From Candidatus Eiseniibacteriota bacterium (GTDB lineage Bacteria > Eisenbacteria > RBG-16-71-46): 64,000 nt of DNA. The stretch covers positions 448,001 to 512,000 of the forward strand of contig JBGAML010000001.1 of the NCBI GenBank assembly GCA_044223005.1. Reading direction: 5' to 3'. Every line of letters starts with the position of its first letter. The first letter of the stretch is position 1. Below are positions 1 through 9,196 of the stretch, piece by piece. A program made the translations under genes and the position numbers. The notes below the pieces were generated by a model, which was not told the DNA's origin, searched no databases, and saw only the letters and a list, made by a program, of their open reading frames with translations.

Positions 1-840
1 GACATGGACAAGCTCGCGCGCGGCGTCGAGTCCCTGATGGGCCCCGCGGCCGCGGGCGGCGCGGGCGACGCGGCGCGCGCCATCACCACCACCGACACGG
101 GCCCCAAGGTCGCGCACGCGACCGCGCGGCTCGCCGGCGGCGAGGTCACGGTGGCCGGGTTCGCCAAGGGCGCCGGCATGATCCACCCGAACATGGCGAC
201 CATGCTCGCGATCGTCACCACCGACGCCGCGATCGCCCCCGCGGCGCTGGACCGCGCGCTGCGCGGTGCGGTCGCGCGGAGCTTCAACCGCATCAGCGTC
301 GACGGCGACATGAGCACCAACGACACGGTGCTCGTGCTGGCCTCCGGGCGCGGGCCGGCGGTGACGGACGCCGACGCCGCGGCGTTCCAGGCCGCGCTCG
401 ACGCCGTCTGCGGCACGCTCGCGCGCATGATCGCGCGCGACGGCGAGGGCGCGACGCGCCTCGTGGAGCTGCGCGTGACCGGGGCGTCGACGGAACGCCA
501 GGCGCACCGCGTGGGCGACGCCATCGCCTGCTCGCCGCTGGTCAAGACCGCGATCCACGGCAACGATCCCAACTGGGGCCGCGTGCTCGCGGCCGCCGGC
601 TACAGCGGCGAGGCGATCGAGCCCGCGCGCGTGCGGCTGTGGTTCGGCGATCGCGACGACGTGCAGCTGCTCGAACGCGGCCTGCCGTGCGCGTTCGATG
701 CCGCGCAGGCGTCGGCCCTGCTGCGCCGCGATCCCGCGGTCGTCCACCTCGATCTCGGGCTCGGGGACGCGTCCGCGATCGTGTGGACGTGCGACTTCAG
801 CGCGGAGTACGTCCGCATCAACGCCGACTACACGACGTAG
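1..840 (+). CDS. argJ: Ornithine acetyltransferase / N-acetylglutamate synthase ArgJ (5' truncated by window edge)
   Basis: KGAGMIHPNMATML autoproteolysis motif, DGDMSTND, DGEGAT, C-terminal YVRINADYTT. Confidence 0.95.
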   Translation, partial: DMDKLARGVESLMGPAAAGGAGDAARAITTTDTGPKVAHATARLAGGEVTVAGFAKGAGMIHPNMATMLAIVTTDAAIAPAALDRALRGAVARSFNRISVDGDMSTNDTVLVLASGRGPAVTDADAAAFQAALDAVCGTLARMIARDGEGATRLVELRVTGASTERQAHRVGDAIACSPLVKTAIHGNDPNWGRVLAAAGYSGEAIEPARVRLWFGDRDDVQLLERGLPCAFDAAQASALLRRDPAVVHLDLGLGDASAIVWTCDFSAEYVRINADYTT

Positions 841-848
841 CGCGACCG

Positions 849-2462
849 TCAGTCGTCGCGGCGCACCAGCAGGAGCGTGACGTCGTCGCCGCGGTGCGCG
901 TCGCCGACGAACGCGTCGACCGTCTTCACGATCTGGTCCGCGGCGGCGTCCACGTCGGGGGACGCCGCGGCGCGCAGCGTCTCGTGCACGCGCTCCATGT
1001 CGAAGAACTCGTCGCCGCGCTGCGCCTCCGGAATGCCATCGCTGAAGAGCGCGAGCATCTCGCCGGGAGCGATCGTTGCCTCGCCCTCCTGCCACGGGAA
1101 GTCGGGCAGCATGCCGACCGGGATCCCGGTCGCCTCGAGCGCGCGCACGCCGCCCGCGCCCACGATGCAGCCCTCGGGGTGCCCGGCGTTCACGTAGCGC
1201 ACGGCGCCGGTCGCCGGATCGAGCCACGCGACGAACACGGTCACGAAGCTGCGCCCGTCGGAACTGCGGTGCATGACGCGGTTCAGGCCCCGCACCAGCG
1301 CGAGCGGGCCGTCGACCGCGTCGTACAGCACGCGCGCCGACGAGAGGATCGACGACATGAGGAGCGCGGCGCCCATGCCCTTGCCCGAGACGTCGCCCAC
1401 GAGCACGACGAGCGTGCCGTCGTCGCGCCGGTGGAAGTCGTAGAGGTCGCCGCCGACCTCGTGACACGTCTCGATGCGCGCGTGGAAGTGCCAGCCCGCG
1501 ACGTCGCGCGGCGGCCCCGGCAACAGCACCTGCTGGATGCGCGTCGCGGTCGCGGCCTCCTGCAGCAGGCGCTGGCGCACCTCCTCGGATTCCAGGAGCC
1601 GCGCGTTGGTGATCTTCATCGCGGCCTTGTTCCCAAGCAGCGTGAGCAGCTCGAGCTCGGACTGGCCGTAGATCGTGGCGGGCGTGATCGAATCCACGTA
1701 GAGGATCCCGAGCACCTGCTCGTTGTCCCAGAGCGGCACGGCCATCGCGGAGTGGATCGCCTGCGCGACGATGCTCTCCTGCGCCTTGAAGCGCGGGTCG
1801 CTGGTCGCGTCGGCAGCGATGACGGCCTTGTTCTCCTCCAGCACCGTCCGGACCACGCTGCTCGAAAGCGCGAGCGGCTCGCGGAACGTGGCGCCGCGCG
1901 CGCGCGCGGCCGCCTGCTCGAGCTCCCCGCCTTCCTGGCGGCGCAGCAGCATGACGAGCCGGTTGCTCGGGATCGCGCGCTCGACGAACGCGAGCAGCGT
2001 TTCGCAGGTCTCCGGCAGCGGTCGCGGCCGCACGAGCAGCTGGTCCGCCTCCAGGAGCAGCCGGACGATCGGCGTCGCGCCGCCGGTGCCGCTCGAGGTG
2101 CGCAGGAGCAGGTCCGGCACGCGGAGCTCGAGCGACGAGCCGATCGACGGCACCTCGCCGAACGTCGTCTCCGCGAGCGCGGAGACGCGCAGCGCAACTT
2201 GCCCCAGCTCGAGCCGGTCTCCCGGCGCGAGGGGTACCGCGGTGGTGACCGCGACCCCGTTGAGCCGAGTTCCGTTGCGGCTGCCGAGGTCGCGCACGGT
2301 CCAGCCGTTCCCCGCGCGCACGAACTCGGCGTGCTCCTTGGAGACGGTGCCGTCGGGCACGGCGATCGGGTTGGCCGACGAGCGGCCGGCGCGCGCGGGG
2401 GACTCGTCCAGCGTCCACACGCGCTCGCCGCCCATGAGGTTGGCGGTCAGGCGCAGGTTCAT
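849..2462 (-). CDS. FHA-GAF-PP2C (SpoIIE/RsbU-like) Ser/Thr phosphatase
   Basis: FHA motifs GR..S..H and DLGSRNGT; GAF-like middle; PP2C motifs VGGDLYD, GDVSGKG, FSDG, DDVTL; start chosen at MNLRL. Confidence 0.9.
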   Translation of the reverse strand: MNLRLTANLMGGERVWTLDESPARAGRSSANPIAVPDGTVSKEHAEFVRAGNGWTVRDLGSRNGTRLNGVAVTTAVPLAPGDRLELGQVALRVSALAETTFGEVPSIGSSLELRVPDLLLRTSSGTGGATPIVRLLLEADQLLVRPRPLPETCETLLAFVERAIPSNRLVMLLRRQEGGELEQAAARARGATFREPLALSSSVVRTVLEENKAVIAADATSDPRFKAQESIVAQAIHSAMAVPLWDNEQVLGILYVDSITPATIYGQSELELLTLLGNKAAMKITNARLLESEEVRQRLLQEAATATRIQQVLLPGPPRDVAGWHFHARIETCHEVGGDLYDFHRRDDGTLVVLVGDVSGKGMGAALLMSSILSSARVLYDAVDGPLALVRGLNRVMHRSSDGRSFVTVFVAWLDPATGAVRYVNAGHPEGCIVGAGGVRALEATGIPVGMLPDFPWQEGEATIAPGEMLALFSDGIPEAQRGDEFFDMERVHETLRAAASPDVDAAADQIVKTVDAFVGDAHRGDDVTLLLVRRDD

Positions 2463-2586
2463 GCGGCTCTCCGGGTGGGCGGCGCGAATGCGCCGTCCGC
2501 ACCACGTTACCACTCCGCGCCCCGGCACCGGAGCCGACGACGGCGCCCCGGCTTGGGGGCCGAGGCGCCGTCGCCGCGCAGGACGC

Positions 2587-5298
2587 TCAGTTCGCCGCGG
2601 CGCCGAAGCCTCGCATTGCCGGAACGCCCGCGTCCGCCCGCGAGCCCGCTTCCAGCGCCCGCTTCACGCGCGCCCGCGTCTCCTGGAGGTGCGCCCGCGT
2701 CGCGTCGCCGAGCGCCGGCAGCAGCAGCACGCGGGACGCCCGAGCGTCGATGCGGCCCAGCTGCAGGCGCGCCAGCGCCCGCGCGTCGTCCGGCACCCCG
2801 GGCAGGTCGCCCGTGACCATGCTCGCGAGCCGGTCCACCCACGCGCGCTGCAGCTCGCGGCGGGTGCTCGTCCCCTCGAGCGCGCGGAATGCGGGCGTCG
2901 GCACCGCGGCGACCTCGCCCCAGAGAGAGCGCGTCACGCGGTCGAAGTGCTCGGCGAGGCGGTAGGCCTCGGGCGAGCGCGACTCGGACTCGCGGATGCG
3001 GGCCAGGAGCGCCGGCGACGAGATCGCCCGCATCAGCGCGGCCTGGAGCGCGAGGGCGCGATCGTTCCATGCGAAGTCCACGCGCGACGCCATGAGTGGC
3101 GTGCCACCCCAGTGCGACCAGCGATCCGGCATCAGCCGCTGCAGCAGGCGCGGCGGGATCGCGAAGGCGTCGGCCGCGAACACGCGCGCCGACAGGAAGT
3201 CGAGCGCCTCGCGCTGCTTCGCGGCCGGCACCGGCACCACCGGGTCGATCTCGCCCGGCTGCCCGCGGTGCACGCGCGTCACGTACGAGCCGCCGAAGTA
3301 CTTGACCGCGAAGCCGCAGGCGATGCCGTATTGCTGCAGCACGGTGTCCAGCGCACGCCGCATCGCACCGAGGTCGCCGGAGCCGCCCACGACGCGCTCC
3401 TCGAACTTCGGGTTGCGCCACAGCGACGCGAGGTAAGCCGTGCGCTGCTGCGCGAACGCCAGCGGGTCGCCGCCCAGGTCGTAGAGATTGCTGCGCGGGT
3501 CCGCCGCCTCGGCCGGGTACGTGTCCTCGTCGGTCGAGTACTCGTGGCCGGGCTGCAGCGACTCGTCGGCGATGCGCCGCGCGAACGCCGCGTCGCCCTC
3601 CGGCGTCGCTTCGCCGGACGGCGTGTAGCCGAACCGGATCGCCCACGTGTCGTAGGTGCCGGGCGTGGTCGTCCACCACTCGCCCTGGTGCCCATGGTCG
3701 TGCGCGATGTTCGGCGATGGATACTCCATCACCGAGGAGTAGAGCCCGTGCGTCGCCGTCCAGCCCGCGTCCTGCAGTCGCTCCATCGGCGTCGACGTGC
3801 TCGAGCGGAAGTTGTGGCGCAGGCCGAGCGTGTGCCCAACCTCGTGCATCACGGCCCACACGACCGCCGGATGGACGAACTCGTCCGGCACCGGCTCGCC
3901 GGGCGGGATCAGGCCGTCGAGCAGCAGCGACGTCCGTTCGAGCGCGCCCGCGTCGAGCACGGACAGCCCGGCGTCGCAGCGCTGCTCCGCCGAGAGGCCC
4001 GGCGGCACCGGGGCGGTCGAGGGCAGGATCGACGCCGCCAGGTCCTCGGGACCCGCGAAGCGGCGGTAGTAGCTGCGGTAGCCCTGGAACATCGAGGTCT
4101 CGAACAGCACGTCGGCGTCGAGGATCTCGCCCGTGCGCGGATCGATCCGCGACGGCCCGATCGCGCCGAACGACGGTTCGGTCGACGTGATCCAGCGGAT
4201 CGTGCTGTAGCGCACGTCCTCGGGGTCGAACGTCGAGTCCTGCGGCGCGTCCTTCGCGACGATCGCGTTGCGGAAGCCGGCGGCCTCGAACGCCTTCTGC
4301 CACTTCTCGACGCCCTCCTTCACCCAGGGGCGGTATTTCTCGGGCACGGTGCGATCGATGTAGAAGACGATCGGCTTCACCGGCTCGGAGACCGCGGCGG
4401 CCGGATCCTGCTTCTCGAGCCGCCAGTGATTGACGTAGCGCACGAAGAAGTTCTCGCGATCGTCGTGCGAGAAGTCCTTCTGCGCCGTGAGGAAGAAGCC
4501 CACGCGGTCGTCGGCCTCACGCGGCATCATCGGCACGTCGGGCAGCTTCGAGAACGAGTAGTGCACGGTCACCGCCACGAAGCGCGAGTCCGGCACGCCG
4601 TCGAGGCCGAGGCCCGTGCGATCGTTGGGCGTGTACGTGAGCAGCGCCTCGATCTCGGCGTTCTCCGGGAACACCTTCACCTGACCCAGCGCCGAGCGCT
4701 CCTTGTCGAACCGCACCGACTTGCCCCCGAACGAGGCGCGCATGCGCTCGCCCAGGTCCGATACGTCGCTCAGCACGACCGGCGCGAGATCGACGAGCAG
4801 CTTCTTCGTCGAGTCCTGCTCGCTCTCGATCTTGAGCGAGGCGACGACCGAGTTGCCGATCGACAGCTCGCGCGCCGCGTCGATGGGCGTGCCCTTCGGC
4901 GCGACGAACCGCTCGTTCACCTCGACGAGCAGCACGCGGTCGCCCGAACGTTCGAAGCGCAGGACGCGGTCGTCGAGCGGAAGGCCGCCGAGCAGGCCGT
5001 TGGAGCCGATGCCGCGTGCGAAGCTCGCGATGCTGAGGAACGGCTGGCCGAGCTGGACCGGCGCGAGCTCGAGGTAGAGGTTCTCGCGCTTGCGGTAGAG
5101 CGTGAAGAACCCGTGCGAGACCTCGGCCTCGCGCGTGAGCTTCTTCCAGTCGCCGTAGGGCCGGTCCGGAGCGGCGGACGCGGGCGCCGCCGCCGGCGCG
5201 TCCGCCTTCGCGGCCACGGGCGTCGCCGCGAGGCCGCCCGCGAGGATCGTGGAAAGGGCGAGCGCGAGGGCCGCGCGCGCCGAGAGCATGGACGTCAT
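2587..5298 (-). CDS. Secreted zinc-dependent metalloprotease (EcxA-like, DUF5117/DUF4953 type)
   Basis: Signal peptide, HEVGHTLGLRHNF zinc motif, SSVMEY Met-turn, DPRTGEILDAD. Confidence 0.9.
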   Translation of the reverse strand: MTSMLSARAALALALSTILAGGLAATPVAAKADAPAAAPASAAPDRPYGDWKKLTREAEVSHGFFTLYRKRENLYLELAPVQLGQPFLSIASFARGIGSNGLLGGLPLDDRVLRFERSGDRVLLVEVNERFVAPKGTPIDAARELSIGNSVVASLKIESEQDSTKKLLVDLAPVVLSDVSDLGERMRASFGGKSVRFDKERSALGQVKVFPENAEIEALLTYTPNDRTGLGLDGVPDSRFVAVTVHYSFSKLPDVPMMPREADDRVGFFLTAQKDFSHDDRENFFVRYVNHWRLEKQDPAAAVSEPVKPIVFYIDRTVPEKYRPWVKEGVEKWQKAFEAAGFRNAIVAKDAPQDSTFDPEDVRYSTIRWITSTEPSFGAIGPSRIDPRTGEILDADVLFETSMFQGYRSYYRRFAGPEDLAASILPSTAPVPPGLSAEQRCDAGLSVLDAGALERTSLLLDGLIPPGEPVPDEFVHPAVVWAVMHEVGHTLGLRHNFRSSTSTPMERLQDAGWTATHGLYSSVMEYPSPNIAHDHGHQGEWWTTTPGTYDTWAIRFGYTPSGEATPEGDAAFARRIADESLQPGHEYSTDEDTYPAEAADPRSNLYDLGGDPLAFAQQRTAYLASLWRNPKFEERVVGGSGDLGAMRRALDTVLQQYGIACGFAVKYFGGSYVTRVHRGQPGEIDPVVPVPAAKQREALDFLSARVFAADAFAIPPRLLQRLMPDRWSHWGGTPLMASRVDFAWNDRALALQAALMRAISSPALLARIRESESRSPEAYRLAEHFDRVTRSLWGEVAAVPTPAFRALEGTSTRRELQRAWVDRLASMVTGDLPGVPDDARALARLQLGRIDARASRVLLLPALGDATRAHLQETRARVKRALEAGSRADAGVPAMRGFGAAAN

Positions 5299-5473
5299 GG
5301 AGAGCTCCTGCCGCCGAGGTCCGGCGCGAGGCGTGGGAGTGCCGGCGGCCGCGCCGCCGAAGGGGACCACGAGCCGTGGACGGTACGCGCGGCGAACGCG
5401 TGCCTCAACGCCCGAGCGGCGGGCGCGGGATTTCGGCGATCCGGCGGGCAGATGCCGCGCGGAGCCGGACGCA

Positions 5474-5506
5474 CGCCGGGCCGGGGCGCGAGACCCCGGC
5501 CCGGCG
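5474..5506 (-). terminator. GC-rich hairpin downstream of the porin gene, probable intrinsic terminator
   Basis: cgccgggccgggg / ccccggcccggcg 13-bp inverted repeat just after the porin stop; no clear U-tract. Confidence 0.55.
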
Positions 5507-5523
5507 GCGAGAACGTGCATGCG

Positions 5524-6600
5524 TCAGAAGCCGAGCACCTGCCACTGCAGCACGCCCTGCAACCCGTCGGACGCGTGCTTCTTCGTCAGCCGGGCGACCG
5601 CCGCCTTCACGTTCATCTTGTGCCCGTTGCCCCACCACGCGAGCCCGCCCGTCAGGCGCGTCTCGTCGGCGAGGGACGCGAGCTTGTAGTCGCGGCTCGC
5701 GAACTGGACGAACGGCGACACGTTGAGCTGGTGGAGATACCACCCCGCCTCGACCAGCGTCGCGTCCTGCTCCGGCAGTTTCGCGAACGTGGAGTTGCCG
5801 TCGTAGTGGATGAAGTCGCCCTGGAGCGTGACGCCGTCGCCGCCGGGCACCGGCCACTCCACCGCGATGTCGCCGCCCGCCGCACGGTACTCGCGCTGCG
5901 CGTCGAGGCTCGCGCCGACCGCGACGATCTGGCGCTTCCCGAGCGACGTGCCGACGTAGAACATGCCGGAGTCGACGCCGGCCGCGTAGTACACGAGCCG
6001 TCCCGCCACGCGCATCGGTCCGCGCGCCGTCGTGTCGCGCGAGCCCTGGTAGACGCCCGCGCGGTACTCGACCCGACGGCCGCCGAGGAACCCGCGGAAG
6101 GCCGCACCGTAGTCGCGGCCGACCTTCGAGTTCGTGACGTCCGAATGCAGGAAGCTGTACGGGCCGTAGTCGACCGCGAGCAGCGAGCCCGCACTCTGCT
6201 GCGTGTTGTGCGACACCGGCACCAGGAGCAGGCCGGCGTCCACGCGCAGGTCCGGGTTCAGCGTGTACGTGAGCGCGGCGTCCTGGACGATGACGCCGTT
6301 CTCGGTCTTCGAACCCGTCGTGGCGCCCTTGCCCGCGTTGGGCATGTCGGTGTCGGCGTAGATCGCGAGCCGGTCGTTGATCTTGCCGCCGACCATGGCC
6401 CGGAAGCGCCGCACGAACACGTTGCCCTGCGACGCGCCGGCGTCGGGGTTCTTGAGGGCTTCGGCCTGGAGCTGCGACAGAAAGCCCACGGTGAGGGTCG
6501 ACTTGCCGTCGGCGCTGGTGACCTGCCACTGCGCGCGGGCCGGCGGCGCGGCGGCCAGCAGCACGGCCGCCGCCAGGATGACGAGCGTGACGCGTTTCAT
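5524..6600 (-). CDS. Outer-membrane porin (OprO/OprP-like) of the actP operon
   Basis: Signal peptide MKRVTLVIL..ARA, FVRRFR motif, amphipathic beta strands, C-terminal Phe. Confidence 0.75.
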   Translation of the reverse strand: MKRVTLVILAAAVLLAAAPPARAQWQVTSADGKSTLTVGFLSQLQAEALKNPDAGASQGNVFVRRFRAMVGGKINDRLAIYADTDMPNAGKGATTGSKTENGVIVQDAALTYTLNPDLRVDAGLLLVPVSHNTQQSAGSLLAVDYGPYSFLHSDVTNSKVGRDYGAAFRGFLGGRRVEYRAGVYQGSRDTTARGPMRVAGRLVYYAAGVDSGMFYVGTSLGKRQIVAVGASLDAQREYRAAGGDIAVEWPVPGGDGVTLQGDFIHYDGNSTFAKLPEQDATLVEAGWYLHQLNVSPFVQFASRDYKLASLADETRLTGGLAWWGNGHKMNVKAAVARLTKKHASDGLQGVLQWQVLGF

Positions 6601-6617
6601 GTTGCGAATCCTCCCGA

Positions 6618-8237
6618 TCACTCGGCACCGATGCCGAGATAGGTGCGCAGCTTTTCGTCCTCGAACTTCTCGGCGGCCGAGCGCTCCGGCGCGGCCAGCG
6701 AGACGAGGATGCCGACCACGAACGACGCGGTCATGGACACGATGGCGGGATTCTTGAGGGGGAAGAGCGCCTTCTCGTGCTTCAGCACGTCCACCCACAC
6801 CGCCGGTCCGATGATGATGAGACCGACCGCCAGCACGGCACCGACGAGGATGCTCGCGACGGCTCCGGCCGTGGTGAACGGCTTCCACACGATGCTGAGG
6901 AGGAGCGACGGGAAGTTGGCGCTGCAGGCGACCGCGAACGCGAGACCGACCATGTACGCCACGTTCTGCTCCTTGAACACGATGCCGAGCAGCACGGCGA
7001 TCAGGCCGAACGCGACGGTCGCGCCGCGCGCCACCGCCACCTGCTGCTGCTCCGTCGCCGAGCCCTTCTTGATCACGCTCACGTAGATGTCGTGCGAGAG
7101 TGCGGACGCGCCCGCCAGCGTGAGGCCCGCGACCACGGCGAGGATCGTCGCGAACGCGACCGCCGCGATGAACCCGAGGAACGCCGTGCCGCCGAGGTGC
7201 TCGGCGAGCAGCGGCGCGGCCATGTTGCCGCCCTTGTCGAACGACGTGATCAGCTCGCGCCCGAGCCCGCCTTCGTGCAGGCCGGGCAGGAGCGCCGCGG
7301 CGCCGAAGCCGACGATCGGGATGATGAGGTAGAAGTAGCCGATGAACCCCGTCGCCACGAGCACCGACTTCCGCGCCTCGCGCGCGTCGGGCACGGTGTA
7401 GAAGCGCATCAGGATGTGCGGCAGTCCGAGCACGCCGAACATGAGCGCGAGCCCCAGCGAGACCGCGTCGAGCGGCTTGCTCACGAGCCCGCCCGGTTCG
7501 AGCGCCGACTGCCCGTACTTCTGCGACACGGCTGCGTAGAGCGCACCGAGGTCGAAACCGAACCGTGACAGCACCATGAACGTGAGGACGGTCACGCCGA
7601 GCAGCAGCAGGACCGCCTTGATGATCTGGACCCACGTGGTCGCGATCATGCCGCCGAAGAGCACGTACGCCAGCATCACCGCGCCGACGATCAGCACCGC
7701 GATTTCGAACGGCAGGCCGAACATGAGCCGGATCAGGTTGCCGGCACCCACCATCTGCGCGGTCGTGTAGACGAGCACGGTGAGGATGCCGCCCACCGCC
7801 GCCGCGATGCGCACGGGCGCCTGCTTCAGGCGGAACGCGACGACGTCGGCGAAGGTGTACTTGCCGAGGTTCCGCAGCGGCTCGGCGACGAGGAACATCA
7901 GCGCCGGCCAGCCGACCAGCCAGCCGGTGGCGTAGATCATGCCGTCGTAGCCCTTGGTGGCGACGAGGCCGGCGATCCCGAGGAACGACGCCGCGCTCAT
8001 GTAGTCGCCCGCGAGCGCGAGGCCGTTCTGGAAGCCGCTCACGCTGCGGCCCGCGGCGTAGTACTCCTTCGCGGACCGCGTGCGCCGCGCGGCCCACCAC
8101 GTGATCACGAGCGTGAGCGCCACGATGACGAAGAAGAAGCCGATCGAGGCGGCCGTGGGACGCCCGAGCGTGCTGGTGGCGGCGGTGGCCGCAGCGGCCG
8201 CGGCGGCGGGTGCGTCGGCGAGAAGGTGCAGGATCAT
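6618..8237 (-). CDS. actP: Cation/acetate symporter ActP (sodium:solute symporter family)
   Basis: QNGLALAGDYMSAASFLG, GLPHILMRFYTVP, AVAFATILAVVAGL. Confidence 0.9.
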   Translation of the reverse strand: MILHLLADAPAAAAAAATAATSTLGRPTAASIGFFFVIVALTLVITWWAARRTRSAKEYYAAGRSVSGFQNGLALAGDYMSAASFLGIAGLVATKGYDGMIYATGWLVGWPALMFLVAEPLRNLGKYTFADVVAFRLKQAPVRIAAAVGGILTVLVYTTAQMVGAGNLIRLMFGLPFEIAVLIVGAVMLAYVLFGGMIATTWVQIIKAVLLLLGVTVLTFMVLSRFGFDLGALYAAVSQKYGQSALEPGGLVSKPLDAVSLGLALMFGVLGLPHILMRFYTVPDAREARKSVLVATGFIGYFYLIIPIVGFGAAALLPGLHEGGLGRELITSFDKGGNMAAPLLAEHLGGTAFLGFIAAVAFATILAVVAGLTLAGASALSHDIYVSVIKKGSATEQQQVAVARGATVAFGLIAVLLGIVFKEQNVAYMVGLAFAVACSANFPSLLLSIVWKPFTTAGAVASILVGAVLAVGLIIIGPAVWVDVLKHEKALFPLKNPAIVSMTASFVVGILVSLAAPERSAAEKFEDEKLRTYLGIGAE

Positions 8238-8256
8238 GAGAGTTCCTCCCCGGCGC

Positions 8257-8559
8257 TCAGCGCCCGGCCTGGTCGCGCAGCTTGCGGACGGCGTCGTCGT
8301 GGCGGCCGTTCGCCCAGACGACGTATGCCGCGGTGAGCACCCATGCGATCACGATCACGGCGGCACCCAGCGGGATGCCGAGCGTCGTGACCGCGCCGAC
8401 CTTCTTCGCGAGGAACGGCTTGTCGTAGCCGACGAGGAGGATGAACCCGTAGTAGAGGACGAACAGCGCGATCGTCAGCACGATGGACACGGTCCACTTG
8501 CTGCGGACGAGCGCGCGGAACGCCGGCGAATCCAGGATCTCTCGGTTCGTGGGTGGCAC
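8257..8559 (-). CDS. DUF485 (YjcH-like) small membrane protein
   Basis: Two TM helices, YVVWAN motif, usual position upstream of actP; GGAGG before GTG. Confidence 0.85.
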   Translation of the reverse strand: MPPTNREILDSPAFRALVRSKWTVSIVLTIALFVLYYGFILLVGYDKPFLAKKVGAVTTLGIPLGAAVIVIAWVLTAAYVVWANGRHDDAVRKLRDQAGR

Positions 8560-8593
8560 GGACGATTCCTCCCAGGACGCGGCGGCCACCGCG

Positions 8594-9196
8594 TCAGGTC
8601 AGGTCCTGAAGGGAACGCGCCGACAGCCGCGCGCGCAGGGCGAGGAACAGCTCCGCCGTGGCGAGCGCGTCGTGCAGCGCGTCGTGATTCGCGTGCGGGG
8701 GCAGCCCGAGGTCCTCCCGGGCCTCGGAGAGAGCGGTACGAGTCGGTGCGGGATGCGGTACGAGCTGGTGCATGCGGTGTTCGAGCTTCTCGAGCAGCCG
8801 GACGGTGTCGACGACCGGCGGCTTCGGCCATGCGAGTCCGTGCGCCGCCCAGGCGGTGCGCAGGAACGCGACGTCGAGCGACGCGAAGTGGACGAGCAAC
8901 ACGCCTTCGCGCAGGCGCCGGTCCACCTCGGGCAGCACGTCCGCGAGCGGCGGCGCGTCCGCGAGCTCGTCCGGGACGAGGTGGTGCGCGCGCAGGCCCT
9001 CGCCCGCGACGGCGGCGGGCCGTACGGGCCGCACGTGCGAACGCCAGCGTTCGCCCCAGCGGATCGCACCCGCGCGAATCGGCACCATGCCCACCGAGAG
9101 GATCTCGTCGCGCGCGGGGTCGAGCCCGGTCGTCTCGAGGTCCAGCGCCCAGTAGGTGGGGGCGTCCCACGCGGGTCCGCGGCGCAGGCCGAACAT
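8594..9196 (-). CDS. DEDDh 3'-5' exonuclease-family protein
   Basis: ALDLETTG, HFASLD, HDALHDA motifs; start overlaps the upstream stop. Confidence 0.88.
   Translation of the reverse strand: MFGLRRGPAWDAPTYWALDLETTGLDPARDEILSVGMVPIRAGAIRWGERWRSHVRPVRPAAVAGEGLRAHHLVPDELADAPPLADVLPEVDRRLREGVLLVHFASLDVAFLRTAWAAHGLAWPKPPVVDTVRLLEKLEHRMHQLVPHPAPTRTALSEAREDLGLPPHANHDALHDALATAELFLALRARLSARSLQDLT

Noticed and set aside
1723..6642. Very long ORFs such as 1723-6642 (+), 8080-11289, 34084-37233, 39464-42703 and 42007-44979
   Set aside because: Arg/Ala/Pro-rich shadow frames overlapping well-supported genes; expected at this GC content.
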